64,000 nt of DNA from positions 5,154,954 through 5,218,953 of the forward strand of contig CM120644.1 of the NCBI GenBank assembly GCA_051362555.1. The letters run 5' to 3'. A program made the position numbers and the translations under genes. Position 1 is the first letter of the stretch. Every line of letters begins with the position of its first letter. The DNA is from Lingula anatina. Taxonomy: Eukaryota > Animalia > Brachiopoda. This document shows, one piece after another, positions 40,466 to 53,827 of this stretch. The notes below the pieces were generated by a model. That model saw only the letters and a list, made by a program, of their open reading frames with translations. It was not told the origin of the DNA and made no database searches.

Positions 40466-41384
40466 TGACTGCAATATTTGATGTTGTCATGCGACAAACA
40501 CTCATTTGAAATCTTTCATAAAAATTCATGAATGTGGGGATGGAAAAACAGACGCGTAGAAAACAAAACGTAGCTGATGCTTAACTGATGAAGTGCTTAT
40601 GGATTGAATTTTAATTGATGCCTTTAATGTTATAATGGTGATTTTAATGTACACTGAAATAGTGACGCCAGTTTCTTAACCGAATTGAAAAGTAACCTCA
40701 TATTGAGAGTGGACGATGTATAGAATCCAGTGTTCTAAATATACATTTAAATAGAGATATGATCTACTGCGTTATGAAATTGTTGAAGGATACGCGATAA
40801 ACAATATAACCAATTTTCAAATGTTACTGGAACATGTGTCCTTATCAAAAGAAAATGATAAAGCTGAAAGTGAAGAGGTTAACGGTTATGGCGCCATCAA
40901 CTGTATTCACCTTAGTAAATTAATTAAAAAAGTATCCTTTAAATGAGGTGAGGAAATGTGAAGAAAAAGTTTGTTTTTTTTTAATATTACAGCAAAGAAT
41001 GTAATATTACAGATGCTTGCATCTCAATCAGTAAAGGCCTAACTTAAAAATAAGTGCGGACAGTTTCAGAGAAAATCCAGACTCGCTGATTTCTTGGCTC
41101 TGGACCGGACGTTGACCCCTCAGCGACCCTCCCGACTCACAGGGTCCTTCCGGCCGGTGAAACGAAACTGAGGGTACGCGTAACAGAAAGTCCGCCCCCC
41201 ATTTGGTTGTGATGGTTAGGGTTAGTCTGACCAAAGAGGGTCAAAATCTAGGGCGTGGCTTACCTGTACAAATGAATGGAAGGCGTACTCTATCATGTGG
41301 GACTCGTGTCACTTTACACCGGTATATGACCCTATAACAAGTTTCAGTTTATTACAAGGCTCAGCATACTGGCTAAGCAGTCCC

Positions 41385-41470
41385 CCTGTTGACGTCACAT
41401 TTGAACGTCGTTACGCCACACACAAGCAAACGTTCCGTTGACGTAAGATACGTAGTAATACGTCACAAGT
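41385..41470. promoter_or_regulatory. CRE/ATF motif cluster upstream of the orphan gene
   Basis: TGACGTCA at 41390, TGACGTAA at 41439 and TACGTCA at 41459, 120-200 nt upstream of the ATG at 41585. Confidence 0.55.
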
Positions 41471-41584
41471 GAATCTGCCCGATCAACAAAATCTGTATTA
41501 CTTAGCAACTTGAGTGGTCATTTGTTTTATCTTTAGCGATATATTCTACGTTTATTTCAAACACCCCTGTTGAATCTAATCGGA

Positions 41585-42348
41585 ATGTTAAGACGCACGC
41601 GTAACGATGGGGTAAGTAGGCCTAATATGTGGCTTTTTAAATTTTTTTTTTCAATTTTTAGGTCGTTGCTTATTTTCTCTGGAAAAAGTTTATCTAGATT
41701 ATATATATTACTTTTTTTTTTTGTTTCTGAGATCCTTTTTCCTCTTGATGGTATACTATTTAAATGTAAAACAATTAAAACGTATGAATATTTGAATATT
41801 TTTATAATTCAAAAACTCTAAATTTTGCGAACCAAATTTATCTATTTTTCATTTCTTATAAACCCAGGCCCGGGACCAGTCTGACCAGTCTATCTGGAGG
41901 CGGTGGTGTGCGTGGATTTCCGATGTTCATGTGAACTGTCTTCTCTGCACTGTGCGCATTGATGAACAAACTGGTACGTAATATGCACATATCTTCTTTG
42001 TAATTTCATGTCCTTTCTTTTATTTCAACATAACCCAGATTTGAAAGCATAATGAAAAATAATTCAATAGATATTTTTATTTTAAAGTCTATGAGAGAAA
42101 ATATTATTGAAACCACATAAACTTCCAGAACGCAACAGAAGCAGAAGTCAGAAATACGTAGTAAAAACAGACGAAAGAGCTGAATTACCTGAAATACGAG
42201 CAGAAGACAAGGGTGCGGATGTAAGAAATGGTGAGAACGCCGTTGCAAAATAATAATTAAATAAATATAAATGAATAATTTAAATATAATTTAATTAAAT
42301 AAGAATACCTTGGATTGATATGTGCTCTCCCTTTTTACTCTCTTGTAC

Positions 42349-42379
<31 letters not shown>

Positions 42380-43602
42380 ACACACACTCTCTCTCTCATG
42401 CTGATTGGGAGGATGACTTGTTTTCAAGTGGTTTATTTCAAATAGCAGTAAATCAGTATTGTTCAGCGTTTTCACTATTCTGTTCTGTTCATAAGGAATG
42501 TTACTTGCTCATTTCATGCTTTTACAAATGTTTGGTTCTTGAACAGATGACTTTTATTAGTAGAAATCCTCTCCCAAGTGGAATCAAAGAAAAGAGAATC
42601 ACGTAGGAAAACAAGGAAGACCAGAACGCAGAGCACGAAGAAAATATCAGACTCGAGGCCAACTGGAGGTACGTCAGCGCGTGTCTGCTCTCCTTGTCCC
42701 TAGCAGTTCATTTTTCTACTGTATGTGTTGTGGCCAAATAGCAGTAAAAACAATATTACTTTATACTCGAAGAGCTTGTTTAAATAGCAGACCCTTCCAG
42801 CAAGTTTAAAGACTGTAGCTTATTTTGAAAAAAAGTCACTTTTTAAGAAATTCTGTCCGTAACGATCATGAATAGCTTAATAATCCAGGGGTGGAGAACT
42901 TGAAAAAAAAAATTATATAAATAATGTAAATCTACAGATGTTGGCAAATTCATTTCGTATAATGGCAGATGTTATATTATTAATTTTTACCTTTGTTTTC
43001 TAATGACAGAAGATGAGATAACGTTCACGGATATAACAAAGTTTACAGACGCAGAACCTGACGAAATGTATCTAGAAGATCTAGAGGCTGAACTGTACGG
43101 TAAATCTATTTTTCGATTCCATTTCGCCACCTGATGTTTTGAAACAAGCTATTTTCACACTGAACTGTATACTGAAGTTAAATACCCTGAGTCGGTACAA
43201 TTTAAGTAGGCCTACTCTCTGATAACGTTATAACTAGACTATTACACAAGAGCGGCACCAAAACGCTCGGCTCGGCCATTTAAAGGAAACTTTTGTCAAA
43301 ATAGCAGGAAACAAACTTTAAAAAAAGAGTTTACGCCCGTATGTTAAGACCTCTTAAAATTTACTGTATTGACTGCATTGCTGACGCAAAGGCCTATGCA
43401 TACCGCTCGGTGTGCAGAGTAGAGGCCATAGACATACAAGCAAAATTTTGGGTATAGTTCTTAGGCTTTTTGGATTCAAGATTTCAATGACTTTCTAGGT
43501 TCTTTAATTAATCAACACTTCTTTATAATTTACATTTCATCAATTCAAATGGAAAATTTTCTGTCCATAGATGATGCTGTATCCGCTAGATGTCACCAGT
43601 AG
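41585..43602 (+). CDS. Unrecognised 154-aa protein. Exons 41585-41611, 41868-41973, 42129-42230, 42561-42668, 43010-43099, 43571-43602
   Basis: Six GT-AG-bounded exons join stop-free with consistent phases (0,1,1,1,1; 465 nt): MLRRTRNDG ARDQSDQSIWRRWCAWISDVHVNCLLCTVRIDEQT ERNRSRSQKY... EDEITFTDITKFTDAEPDEMYLEDLEAELY DDAVSARCHQ. AATAAA at ~43770. Confidence 0.75.
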
Positions 43603-44627
43603 CGGAGCAAACCCCGTCTTGGACTACTCCCACACATCTGGACTCACGCGCGGAAAGGGGCTTTAAAGTCATGGACCTCACTCCTTTGTAAATACTGTTG
43701 CGTTTTATTACAGTTAAGTGCATCAATCATGTAATGTTCTGTGCATCATGGAATTATTTTTGAAAATATAATAAACATCTGCCTCCATCAACTCATTAAT
43801 GTCTCAGTCAGTGAAAGAAACACAAATTTAGGTTATCATCCGAATATTACGCCATTTGCTCCATCACGGCTACATAAGTGCCTTGCATTCTTTTAAGCCT
43901 TGGGAAATTTCCGAGACAAGCAAGAGGCAAAAGAAATTTTATACGAAATAATTTATTTACAACATTTCTCGATTCACGTCTCCAGAATTCATTGTCACAC
44001 AGCAACCGCTGGATGACGGTAATATTTTTTATCTATTCGTCTTGAATTCTCTTATTTCATTTCATCCTCCAGTCTTTGAGAAGTAAAAACGCACATTACA
44101 TACTCGTCATGACAATTTTTCACACAAAAATTTCGGTAATCAAATGATCAAAACTGTCGTCTGCCAGGAGACAGATATAGTAATCAGAACACATTCTTCA
44201 TTCTCTGCTGCTATTTTCTGTACGGGTTGTGGTACTGCACTCTTTACCGTTAAATTTTCTCCACATCTCTATTTAATCAGATGAACGTGTGGCACAACTC
44301 AACGCCGATCATGCCAACAACCTGCGCCACTACTTGGCGCTGTATGTTCAACACAGCTCAGATCCGCCACATGTAAATATAAAGCACATAGCCACATCTC
44401 CCAGTTTTCACTCCGACTAGTAATTAAAATTTCTCATCGATTTCTTGTCAATTCGTTCCATTTCATCCTCACAGCCAATACGGCGTTGTTTACCAACCGA
44501 ATCGCGTTCTGTTACATAGTTTCTGTGTCACAGATCAGTGAAACGGTGAGAACTTTTCGCCAGAATTCGACAATTTTTGTGGGTGGACGAGATTTCACCG
44601 GTGATATACATGAATTATGTAATTTAA

Positions 44628-44964
44628 AGTGATAATAACTCTTCGTTTCGGCCAAAAAATGAATTTTCCTGGAGTAAACAACAATTTTCCCATACTTACC
44701 AATGGTTAATGAATCCATTTTTACATTCAAAGTTAGTCCCTGGTTTTTTTCTAAAAAGTTTGGTTTTTTGTTAAAATCTCTTAAGAGATTTTAACAGAGT
44801 ATAGCCATCAATGGAGGTCATGAGGTCTAAAGACAAGCTCAGATATCAGAATAATAGCTATAACAGCCGTTTTTGTGGGAAAACAGAATATCTTATATTT
44901 TTATGAGTCATTCACAATGTTTTTATTGTGAAATACAGATTTCATACGAAGAGTTATTATCCCT
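44628..44964. mobile_element. MITE with TTAA TSD (Kolobok/piggyBac-type target) just 3' of the SF3B1 stop
   Basis: TTAA|AGTGATAATAACTCTTCGT ... ACGAAGAGTTATTATCCCT|TTAA. Confidence 0.75.
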
Positions 44965-45252
44965 TTAAAGACGTGGTGCGAGACAGAGATTAATTCCTGC
45001 TTACAGCATGGGTATTACCGTCTATATGTCGCTTTGAAACATCGCAAATTCTTTAAGTTTTCAGAGTCTGATACCTCAGACATTGAACGCTGTAGTACAA
45101 ATGCCACAATTTGGGCGAGACACAGACAACACGGCGTTTTACAAAGTCCCGAGTCAGCCTCCAAAACCACACCTGTCCTCCTGTTTATTCTCTGTGGCTT
45201 ATAACACCACATTCAAGTTCTTTACAGGGAATTAAATCCGCACCACTGTCCT

Positions 45253-48200
45253 CTATAGTATATAATCCAGCTCGTATCTGATGTAGTTGTTCTTCTCGTC
45301 GTTCTGTATCCGTGGGAAGGAGGGGATCATACCGTCCTGGGCTCCTATATACACCGTGTTATATACCTTCCAGTAGACGTCGCGTACCTTACGGGCTGGG
45401 TGGAACAGACCCTGTAATAGAGAACGAAGTTTTTGTATTAGTTTAACGCGGTGTGTGTTATCTAAATACAGGTATATAACTATTACTGAAACAGTAAGTA
45501 TGCTGTATGTAGTGCTTGAGCATTATGACAGAGAACATGCCATTTTTCATCCAAATGAATATTTAAATACTTTTCGAACTAGAAAATGGAAATTTATTTC
45601 ACATAGCACGACCAGTAGGTCAACCAAAGCAGAGACGGGTAGTTGGCAAGTGCATGATCTCTCCAACCACTGCATCACTCACCTGCATGGCGTACTGTAA
45701 CACCTTGGCAGGTCCCAGGCCCACCCTCATCCCCTCTATAGCCCCCATGAACGCCTGCACCACGTGGGGAGAGGTCTCAAACACGTTAGGCCAGACGTAG
45801 TTGAGGAGGTGGGTCAGTGCGTCCTCACAACCAAACCCATACACACCTAGCGCAATGTGCTGGATGGCCGCCATCGACGTCTGACGGTGGACAAGATCTC
45901 TGAAAGTATATTAATGAAAAATATGGTTAATCAACTCATTTACACATTCCCACCTCAGGGGCACTTTATTAAATGATATGAAGACAAATAAAATACTTTG
46001 TTGGAGGGAATATATCTACTAGACCATTTAAAGAAAACACTTTTCAGTCCGGGACTAACAAGTAATGACCTCTGTCCCAGAAATGATCTGTTACGAATGC
46101 ATCCAAGTTTACTCTAGCGTTAAGGTCATTCCCCCCCCCCCCCCCGCTTCACCCCATCCCCTAAACACTTCAACTGAGCCCCTACACCCCCTTCCAACAC
46201 CCAACTTACCTGTCCATGAGTGCATCTTCAAACAGCGGCGAGACAGCGTAGATGTAGTCCTTGCCCATCTCCCCGATATACTCGAACATGAAGGACAGCG
46301 ACTTGAGGACGCCGTTCTGCACGTTCAGCTCCGGCACCCTGTACTCGTTCATCAGGCCAGGGAGGACGGTGAACGGGGAGCATGTCTCGGCCACTATGGC
46401 GATGGCCACGGTGGTACACACGCGGTTCTGACGCTCCTGGACCTTGAGGTTGTTTAACAGGGTGGCCAGCACATCGTGAGGGCTGGAAAATGTAGGAATA
46501 ATTTAAGTAATATTAAAAATTATGTTTTTTCATTAATACTATTATGATCATAAACATCAATATTCTCACAACCATCTCAAAGGACTGTCAATCTATTTCA
46601 GTGACTCAGTATCTATTATCAATCATAATCACACACTTAAACATAACCATAATCTAAAGACAGCACATGCATCGCCTTTCAATCAATTTTTTTGGTTCCA
46701 AAGAAGTATGAATATCATTAAATAAAAAAAAAAAGTAACTTACCCAATAGCCTTGGCGATGTAACCAAATGTGTTGACGGTAGCTCTGCGGATGGCTTTC
46801 TTGTGTGCCTTTAGCAGCTCCAGGAGCTCAAAACAGATCCTCATCCACTCCCTGGCTGACACAAACTCCGCCCCTCTGTCTGCTATACGCCCTACAAGGT
46901 CAATACAGTTCTCCTGGACCTTCTCATGTCTGGAACAGAATGAGTCCACTCAGTGATCAACGTCAAAGTATTTCACATGGATTATTCACTGACATATTAG
47001 TACTTAGTGGATGCTTTAAGTTGCAAAATCAGCTAATCTTATTTATTATAAAAAAAAAAAATAAAAAAAACAAACTTTTTTTCCTTAAAATACAGTTACT
47101 ACATAAGATGTATACCTGAGACATTAAGTCAATCAATGACATGTCACACTTGGTTTTACAACTGTTACAAAATGTCCTTCTCTAGTTTCAGACCAAAAGA
47201 ACCCAAACAAAATTTTATCATAACTGTTTAATAACCAAGTAAAAAAAACATTACATTGCCCAGTATAAACAAGATTAGCAATATCTAAGATCATTATGTC
47301 TAAGTCATCATGCCACCCTCTCACCTATTCTTCAAGATAGGTGTCAGTCTGGGCAGCAGGTCTTTGATGGGTGGGGTCATCTTGGTCATCCCTATCACAT
47401 TAACTATAGCCTTCAGGGCACCAAGAATACTTCCCAGGACTTCAGGGTACTCCTCTCCCAGGTACTCATACAGTACCACACCCAAGTGACCCATCAGCTT
47501 CTCCTGAAATATAGAACACAGGGTTAGTGGACTATCTAGACAGTGAACTTCAGGGTACTCCTCTCCCAGGTACTCATACAGTACCACACCCAAGTGACCC
47601 ATCAGCTTCTCCTGAAATATAGACCACAGTCAAGGTTAGTGGATTATCTAGACAATGAACTTCAGGGTACTCCTCTCCCAGGTACTCATACAGTACCACA
47701 CCCAAGTGACCCATCAGCTTCTCCTGAAATATAGACCACAATCAGGGTTAGTGGACTATCTAGACAGTGAACTTCAGGGTGAAACTTTTCAAACAGTTCT
47801 CTTAAGTTGAATAAACACAATTAAAAACAAGCAAGATTTGCAAAAATAAATCATGCACGCTTCTTATACTAGTCTTCAGCATTTTCCTTATAAAGGTTTT
47901 CTATCTGGGCAGCAGCCAGTTCCTCCTCAGCAAAGAAATGTTCGATTTACCATACAAATGAAAATCAAGTTTGTTTTACCTACCACATTATAACATAAAA
48001 TCTGCCCCTCCACAAAAAATAAACATACAACAACAATAATAATAATAATAAAGAATTAATAAAATTAGAAGAAATCAATAATAACTGACCTCCTGGCATG
48101 TCTTCATGACCACAGCAATCTTGGAGATGAGGTCCGCGGCCTGCTGTCTGACCTTGGCCGACTTGTTGTTCAACCTCCACAGGATTGTACCACAGATCTG

Positions 48201-48526
48201 GGGTAGGTACGGCTTGACCCTCTTGGCCAGGGCATTGACCACTGTGCCAAAACCATTCAACATTACTGAGTCCTGGAATATAGAGAGAACTGGTCAGACA
48301 AGCCATTCAGCATCACTGCCTCCTTGAATAATTCATATACACATGATTTAAGAGAGTGTTATAATTAAAGGGTAAATTAACAGGTTCAGGTTGACGGAGT
48401 CCAGTTATAGATAGATTGTAGGATGTATGATTATGATAATTATCATTTCTTATCAATAATGATAGCAAAATACAGTGGTTTAAATACACAAATAAAGCAC
48501 AGCCCCAACATAACAAGAATAGCAAG

Positions 48527-48581
<55 letters not shown>

Positions 48582-51500
48582 CGTAACCTTACCTCAGTGG
48601 TCTGTTCCTGGAAGGCATACAGTATCCCATCAATCAGCTGCTCCTCCAGCCTGGAATCGATGTCAGAGGCGCCCAGGTTGGCCATGATCTTCTCAATAGT
48701 TTCCATCACCATCTTACGATACTGTTCTGCCTCATCCTTTAGGTCGTCAACCACGCGGCTGATGATCTCTGCTGCACCCACCTTGTTGGCTATTTCCACA
48801 GTGGTGTCCACCAGCTAAAAACAGTAAGTAAGATCAGGGCTGATTAAAGAATCCAAGGTAAATACACTAGACTAGTTTTTGTGAATAAGGAATACTGTAA
48901 CAACAGGGAATGTTAAATTGAACAATACGCCTCTTAGGGTGTCTAGTTTAGTATATTCAGGGTCAACTCTATTCTGGGTCAATTGTTTATCCTGCCAAAA
49001 TGAATATTAAGCCACTTCCCCCCTTTTCACCCATATCAAGGGTTTAGCCAGTGAGTCTGGACAGGACAGCCTGTTCAAGCAAAGGGCAGCCCAACTTATA
49101 GCTGGATGAGTTGCTTAAATTTATACAGCAAAACACCTTAACCCCCCCATACCAAAATTCAAACCCCTGGCTAAACCCCTGCCCCATACAATGTAGTATT
49201 TTCTTTACCTGTCTATAGTTGCGTCTGTCCAGCGCCATCCTCTGGTTCCAGAAATGTTTGAAGAAAGCTGGTAGAATCTCGTCCTTGATATACTGTGGCT
49301 CCACACCATCTGTGGCACAGCACTGCTTCACCACCTGGGGAGAAAACAGTCTTTCTTTAATGTTTGTGAATAACAATTATGATCAAAGTCACTAACAAGT
49401 TAGGGTTTTGAAATAAAATGTTTGTCTTGTCTTCTACAAAAGGTTCTTCACCAAAAATAAATAACAAGAAATGGACCAAAATGGAACATTTGAAACCGTC
49501 ATGACTATCTTTCCTTTTTTTAACAATAAAAGTCGATTGGTACTTATATCTCATATACAACTGTATCTCACATACTAACTGAACTTTCAGTTTTTATTCT
49601 GATACATCATCAGTACCTTGAGCACAATCTTCTTCATTTCCTCGTCGGGGGACTGGAACTCTCTGATCAGAATCAACATCACCTCTCGTGTGTAGTAGTT
49701 GGCGTACTCGGCGTCCATCAGGGGGATCAGGTAACCAATGGCCTTCAAGAAGGCTGCCAGACCCTAAACATTACAAATCGTTAAAACCTTAAGTTAAGAT
49801 TAACAAGCATGCATAATAAGCAAAATGTATATAAATTTAGTTCCAACATATTTTAAAACATGCAAAAAGGCATCTACAACAAATAATCAATCAAACATGT
49901 CAGAAATAATATAATGGTATATACATTTAAAAATCCTTCTGATAACAAAATCTTTATAAAATTTAAATAAGTGATTAAAAAAGTTAAAATTCCATATCAC
50001 AAGATATTAATATGTGGAGTGCACAGTCAAATGGACACCTAAACATGACTTCCCACACAAAACACCTCACCTTTCCTCTATGTTGTCTGATACCCTTCCA
50101 GAGAGGCTTGAGGACGCTGTCAAAGGACTCGATACCGTAGGGTGTGGCGGCCTCTGCCAGCGCAGCCAGGGCCAGAGCTGTGATGGTACGTACTTTCTGC
50201 TGCTCATCTACCAGACCTGAGGAGAAGATAGGATTGGATTGAGAACATGCCACAACACAGACACACACTGGCTAATTAAATGGTTATTACTGGATGCTAA
50301 AAAAGTTTTTAGTCTAACATCGTTTTTAGGTATGCATACGATGTTAATCATATTAGAACCAGTGAATAAGTGTAAATAATTTCCCACAAAGCAGGCAAAA
50401 GAATCCTACCCCTAGAGTTAAGAATTGTACACATAATCATCCTCTAAAATATTACACTATATTGCTGCACCTGTTGTCACAGTTTTGTAGAGCCACAAGA
50501 AAACATTCACAACTCACCATGTTCAATGATCTCCACCAAGTTTTTCAAGTGTGGCAGAATGGCGCACCCCATCAAGATGGCGATCTGCTGCACAATCTTT
50601 ATCCCAGTGTGACGGGCCTGCCAGGACTTCTTACTGCGGCACACAGCCTTCAAGAAGGGCAGTAGTGATGGGATGCCCAAGGCTGAGGCAACCACGGCGA
50701 ATGCTCGTGCCGTGGTGTTACGCACATACTCGTCCAAGTTGTCAATATCTGGCCTCATTGTGGAGATCATGGTGGCCAGTCCAGCCGCCTAGAAGTACAA
50801 ATTATACACATAAAAAGGAAGGATCAGCTTTTTTTTTGAAAAACTACAAGAGTCAACAAACTTGACATGATCACCTGTTTAAAACAATATTTTCTCAAAA
50901 GTCAATTTATTAAAGAAAACAAAACAAATCAAACTTTTACCAGTTATGAACAAAAAGTTTTGTGTGGGTGTATATATATATCTAAACATTGATTTCCATC
51001 ACATTTTATCTCCAAACCAAAACAAGTGCACCATAATTGCTTTGTACACAATTTATCCATACCTTAGCCAAGTTGGAGATGATCTCTCTGCCCTCCACTC
51101 TGGCGTAGTAGTCCTCATCAATCAACAGCGGCTCTATCACCACTAATATCTTGTGTACATATGGACGCACCAGGTCATCCAGCTTGTACAGGATGCGATC
51201 TATGACCTTCACCAATAGATGGCGCTCCTGGTCCTCCAGGGTGGGAGACATGAGCAGGGGCAGGATCTGGTTGAAGAGAGGACCCGCACCAAACTCTCTG
51301 GCCTTGTCTGTGATCTGTCGTAGTGCAGCCTGAAATGTTGTAAATAGAAAATGTTATCTATATCCACCCATCTTTTTCTTCTATCAATATTTCTTTCTTT
51401 TAGTACCACAGAATACTCTTTGAATGTCAACAAAATATATATTTTATCAAACACAGTCTGTTAAACAGATGCACTCATGAGCTTACACTTTTCTTTTTGG

Positions 51501-53789
51501 GGGGAAAGGGGGGGGGGGTGTAATTTTTTTTGGAAGGGTATCACAGCATCTTGTTTTTCATTTTTCTTCACCTTTCTCATAGGAGGTGTACCATTCTTGA
51601 TCTTCAGGAGAAGTTTCATAATCTTCCTCTCTTTCTGCTCTTCTGGAGACAAACTTTCCTCATCAACATCAACCTGAAACGGTAATAATTACAACTTTAC
51701 AACAATAACAACAAGAACACATTACTTACTGTGTAATACATTCACTGTGAGATGTTAACTGTTAACTGAACCTCCAAGCACAAACCCACAGTCTCTCAGT
51801 GGCAGTGACCAACAAGCTAATTTTCCAAGGCAGGCAGAGACTAAAATAGCCATTAACATCAAGCAAACTTCTCTTCCCTGTAAGTTGCCTACCAGTAGCT
51901 TATCAATTAACACTAACTTAGGAAACTTCTCTTCCCTGCGAGGTACTTACCAGTAGCTTATCAAAGTACTGCATGTCATCAGGCTTCATCATGGGCAGGT
52001 TCCCCTTGGGCTGCATGTCCACCACCTGAACATTGTGGTCTGGGGTCTGCATTCTGAACCCCATGGGGGTCCCGCTGGCCCCACTCATCATTGGGGTCGG
52101 CGTAGCAACCAGTTTGCGAGCGGGAGTCCTGATGGGGATGTAGCCTGCTGGAGGAGCTAGCGCCTGGAGGAGAGATGTGATAATATGGTTATAATATTAC
52201 ACCCGTATCATACATTTATATATATAACTTATCAATTGTCTTATACCAACAAATAAATCGAAAATAAATTTGTTAGAGAAGGAAGGGCCTGGAGGAGAGA
52301 CATGATAATATGGTTATAATAATATTATACCCACATCATACATTTATATATATATAATACATCAACTGCCTTACATAAACAAATATATCCGAGACCTCTC
52401 TATTGATTTATCCAATGTTTTGTTTGGCCAGAAGGCTCATCAGAAGATGTTAAAAAATTGTTACATATTCTAACACTTCTAACTGCTAGTTAAGGAACAT
52501 TTCTAGGCTCCCCTTCCATCCCCTCCCCCAAAAAGGGTGAAACAATGTTCTGCCTTAGTTTCTACCTTCCCTCTATTAATACATTTCCTCACATTGTACC
52601 CACCTTGTATCCAGGGGGGAACATGGTGTCCAATTCCTCATCAGTGAGGGGTCTGTTCCTCTCATCTATCTCCCTCTGCCAGGTATACGCCTGCAGCTGC
52701 TCTGGGGTCATACTCATCAACTGCCCTGGGGTGGGAGTAGCCATCCCCATAGCTGCCTGACCACTGGGGGTCACACCACTGGGAGTAAACCCCCCAGGTG
52801 TTGCTCCCCCTGGGGTCATGCTGCCTGCGGGTGTCATCCCACCAGGGGTGGTCATTCCTGCAGGAGTCATAGCACTGGGTGTGGCTTGGCCGGGGGTCTC
52901 ATCCCAGCGGGAGCGGCGCTTTGAGGCACCTGGGGTGGGGGTGTCTTGGATCTGGTCCCCAACGCGGTCTGTGCGGGGTGTCTCTGCCCAGCCACTGCCA
53001 TGACCAGGAGTTTCTGAATGAGAAGTAGTTTATTTTAAAACAGAATTACTCCCACTTTGAGTGCAGCAAATTAAACCCCATTACCCAACCTAGCATAACT
53101 TAAAGAAATAACTGTGCGTGTTTTATCCTTAAATATGAATATCTTCTATAAAAGTCTGAAACAATTTTGAAAATGTGGTCAAACACACCTGTTCCAACAT
53201 TTTTGTATGACAAGATTGTGATATCACCTCTAAATACCACATTAATGGTACCTACCTCTCTCAGTCCTGGGAGTTTCGTCCCAGCGGTTCCTCCTAGCAC
53301 TGGGGGTGCCTTGGTGTCCCGGGGTGGTATGTCCCGGTGTATCCCGGCCAGGGGTGGCAGCTCCTGGGGTAGCGTGTCCTGGGGTGGCTTCCCACATCCT
53401 GGTACTGGGCGTGGCCATGTTCCCAGGGGTCTCTCCTCCCTTCTGTCTCCCCGGGGTCTCATCCCACCGTGCCTGGGACGGGGTGGTGGACTCGGCGGCA
53501 TCCCAGCTGGATTTCTTCTTGGCAGGTGCCGTGCCATCTTCTGCTGCCTGGTCCCAACGACGTCTCTTTGCAGACTTGGCGGCTGAGTCGCCGCTGCCGT
53601 TGCTTACTTTCAGAGTGCCCTCTTTGGCCTTCTCTACCATCTGTTGCTGGAGACCACGCTGTGTGATAAATACATGAACTGGTTAGTTATCATTGTGAAA
53701 AGTAAAACATTGTCACTTATTTCAAAAACATTTCCCATAGTAAGAATATAAATAGGAAAATCCCTGATGCATTAGGGATCAGCAGGGGA

Positions 53790-53827
<38 letters not shown>

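Noticed and set aside
45620-53677. Plus-strand and alternative-frame ORFs overlapping SF3B1 exons (likewise over the EF-hand, GPCR and CIR1 exons)
   Set aside because: Shadow ORFs of GC-richer coding exons with no independent motifs or splice structure.
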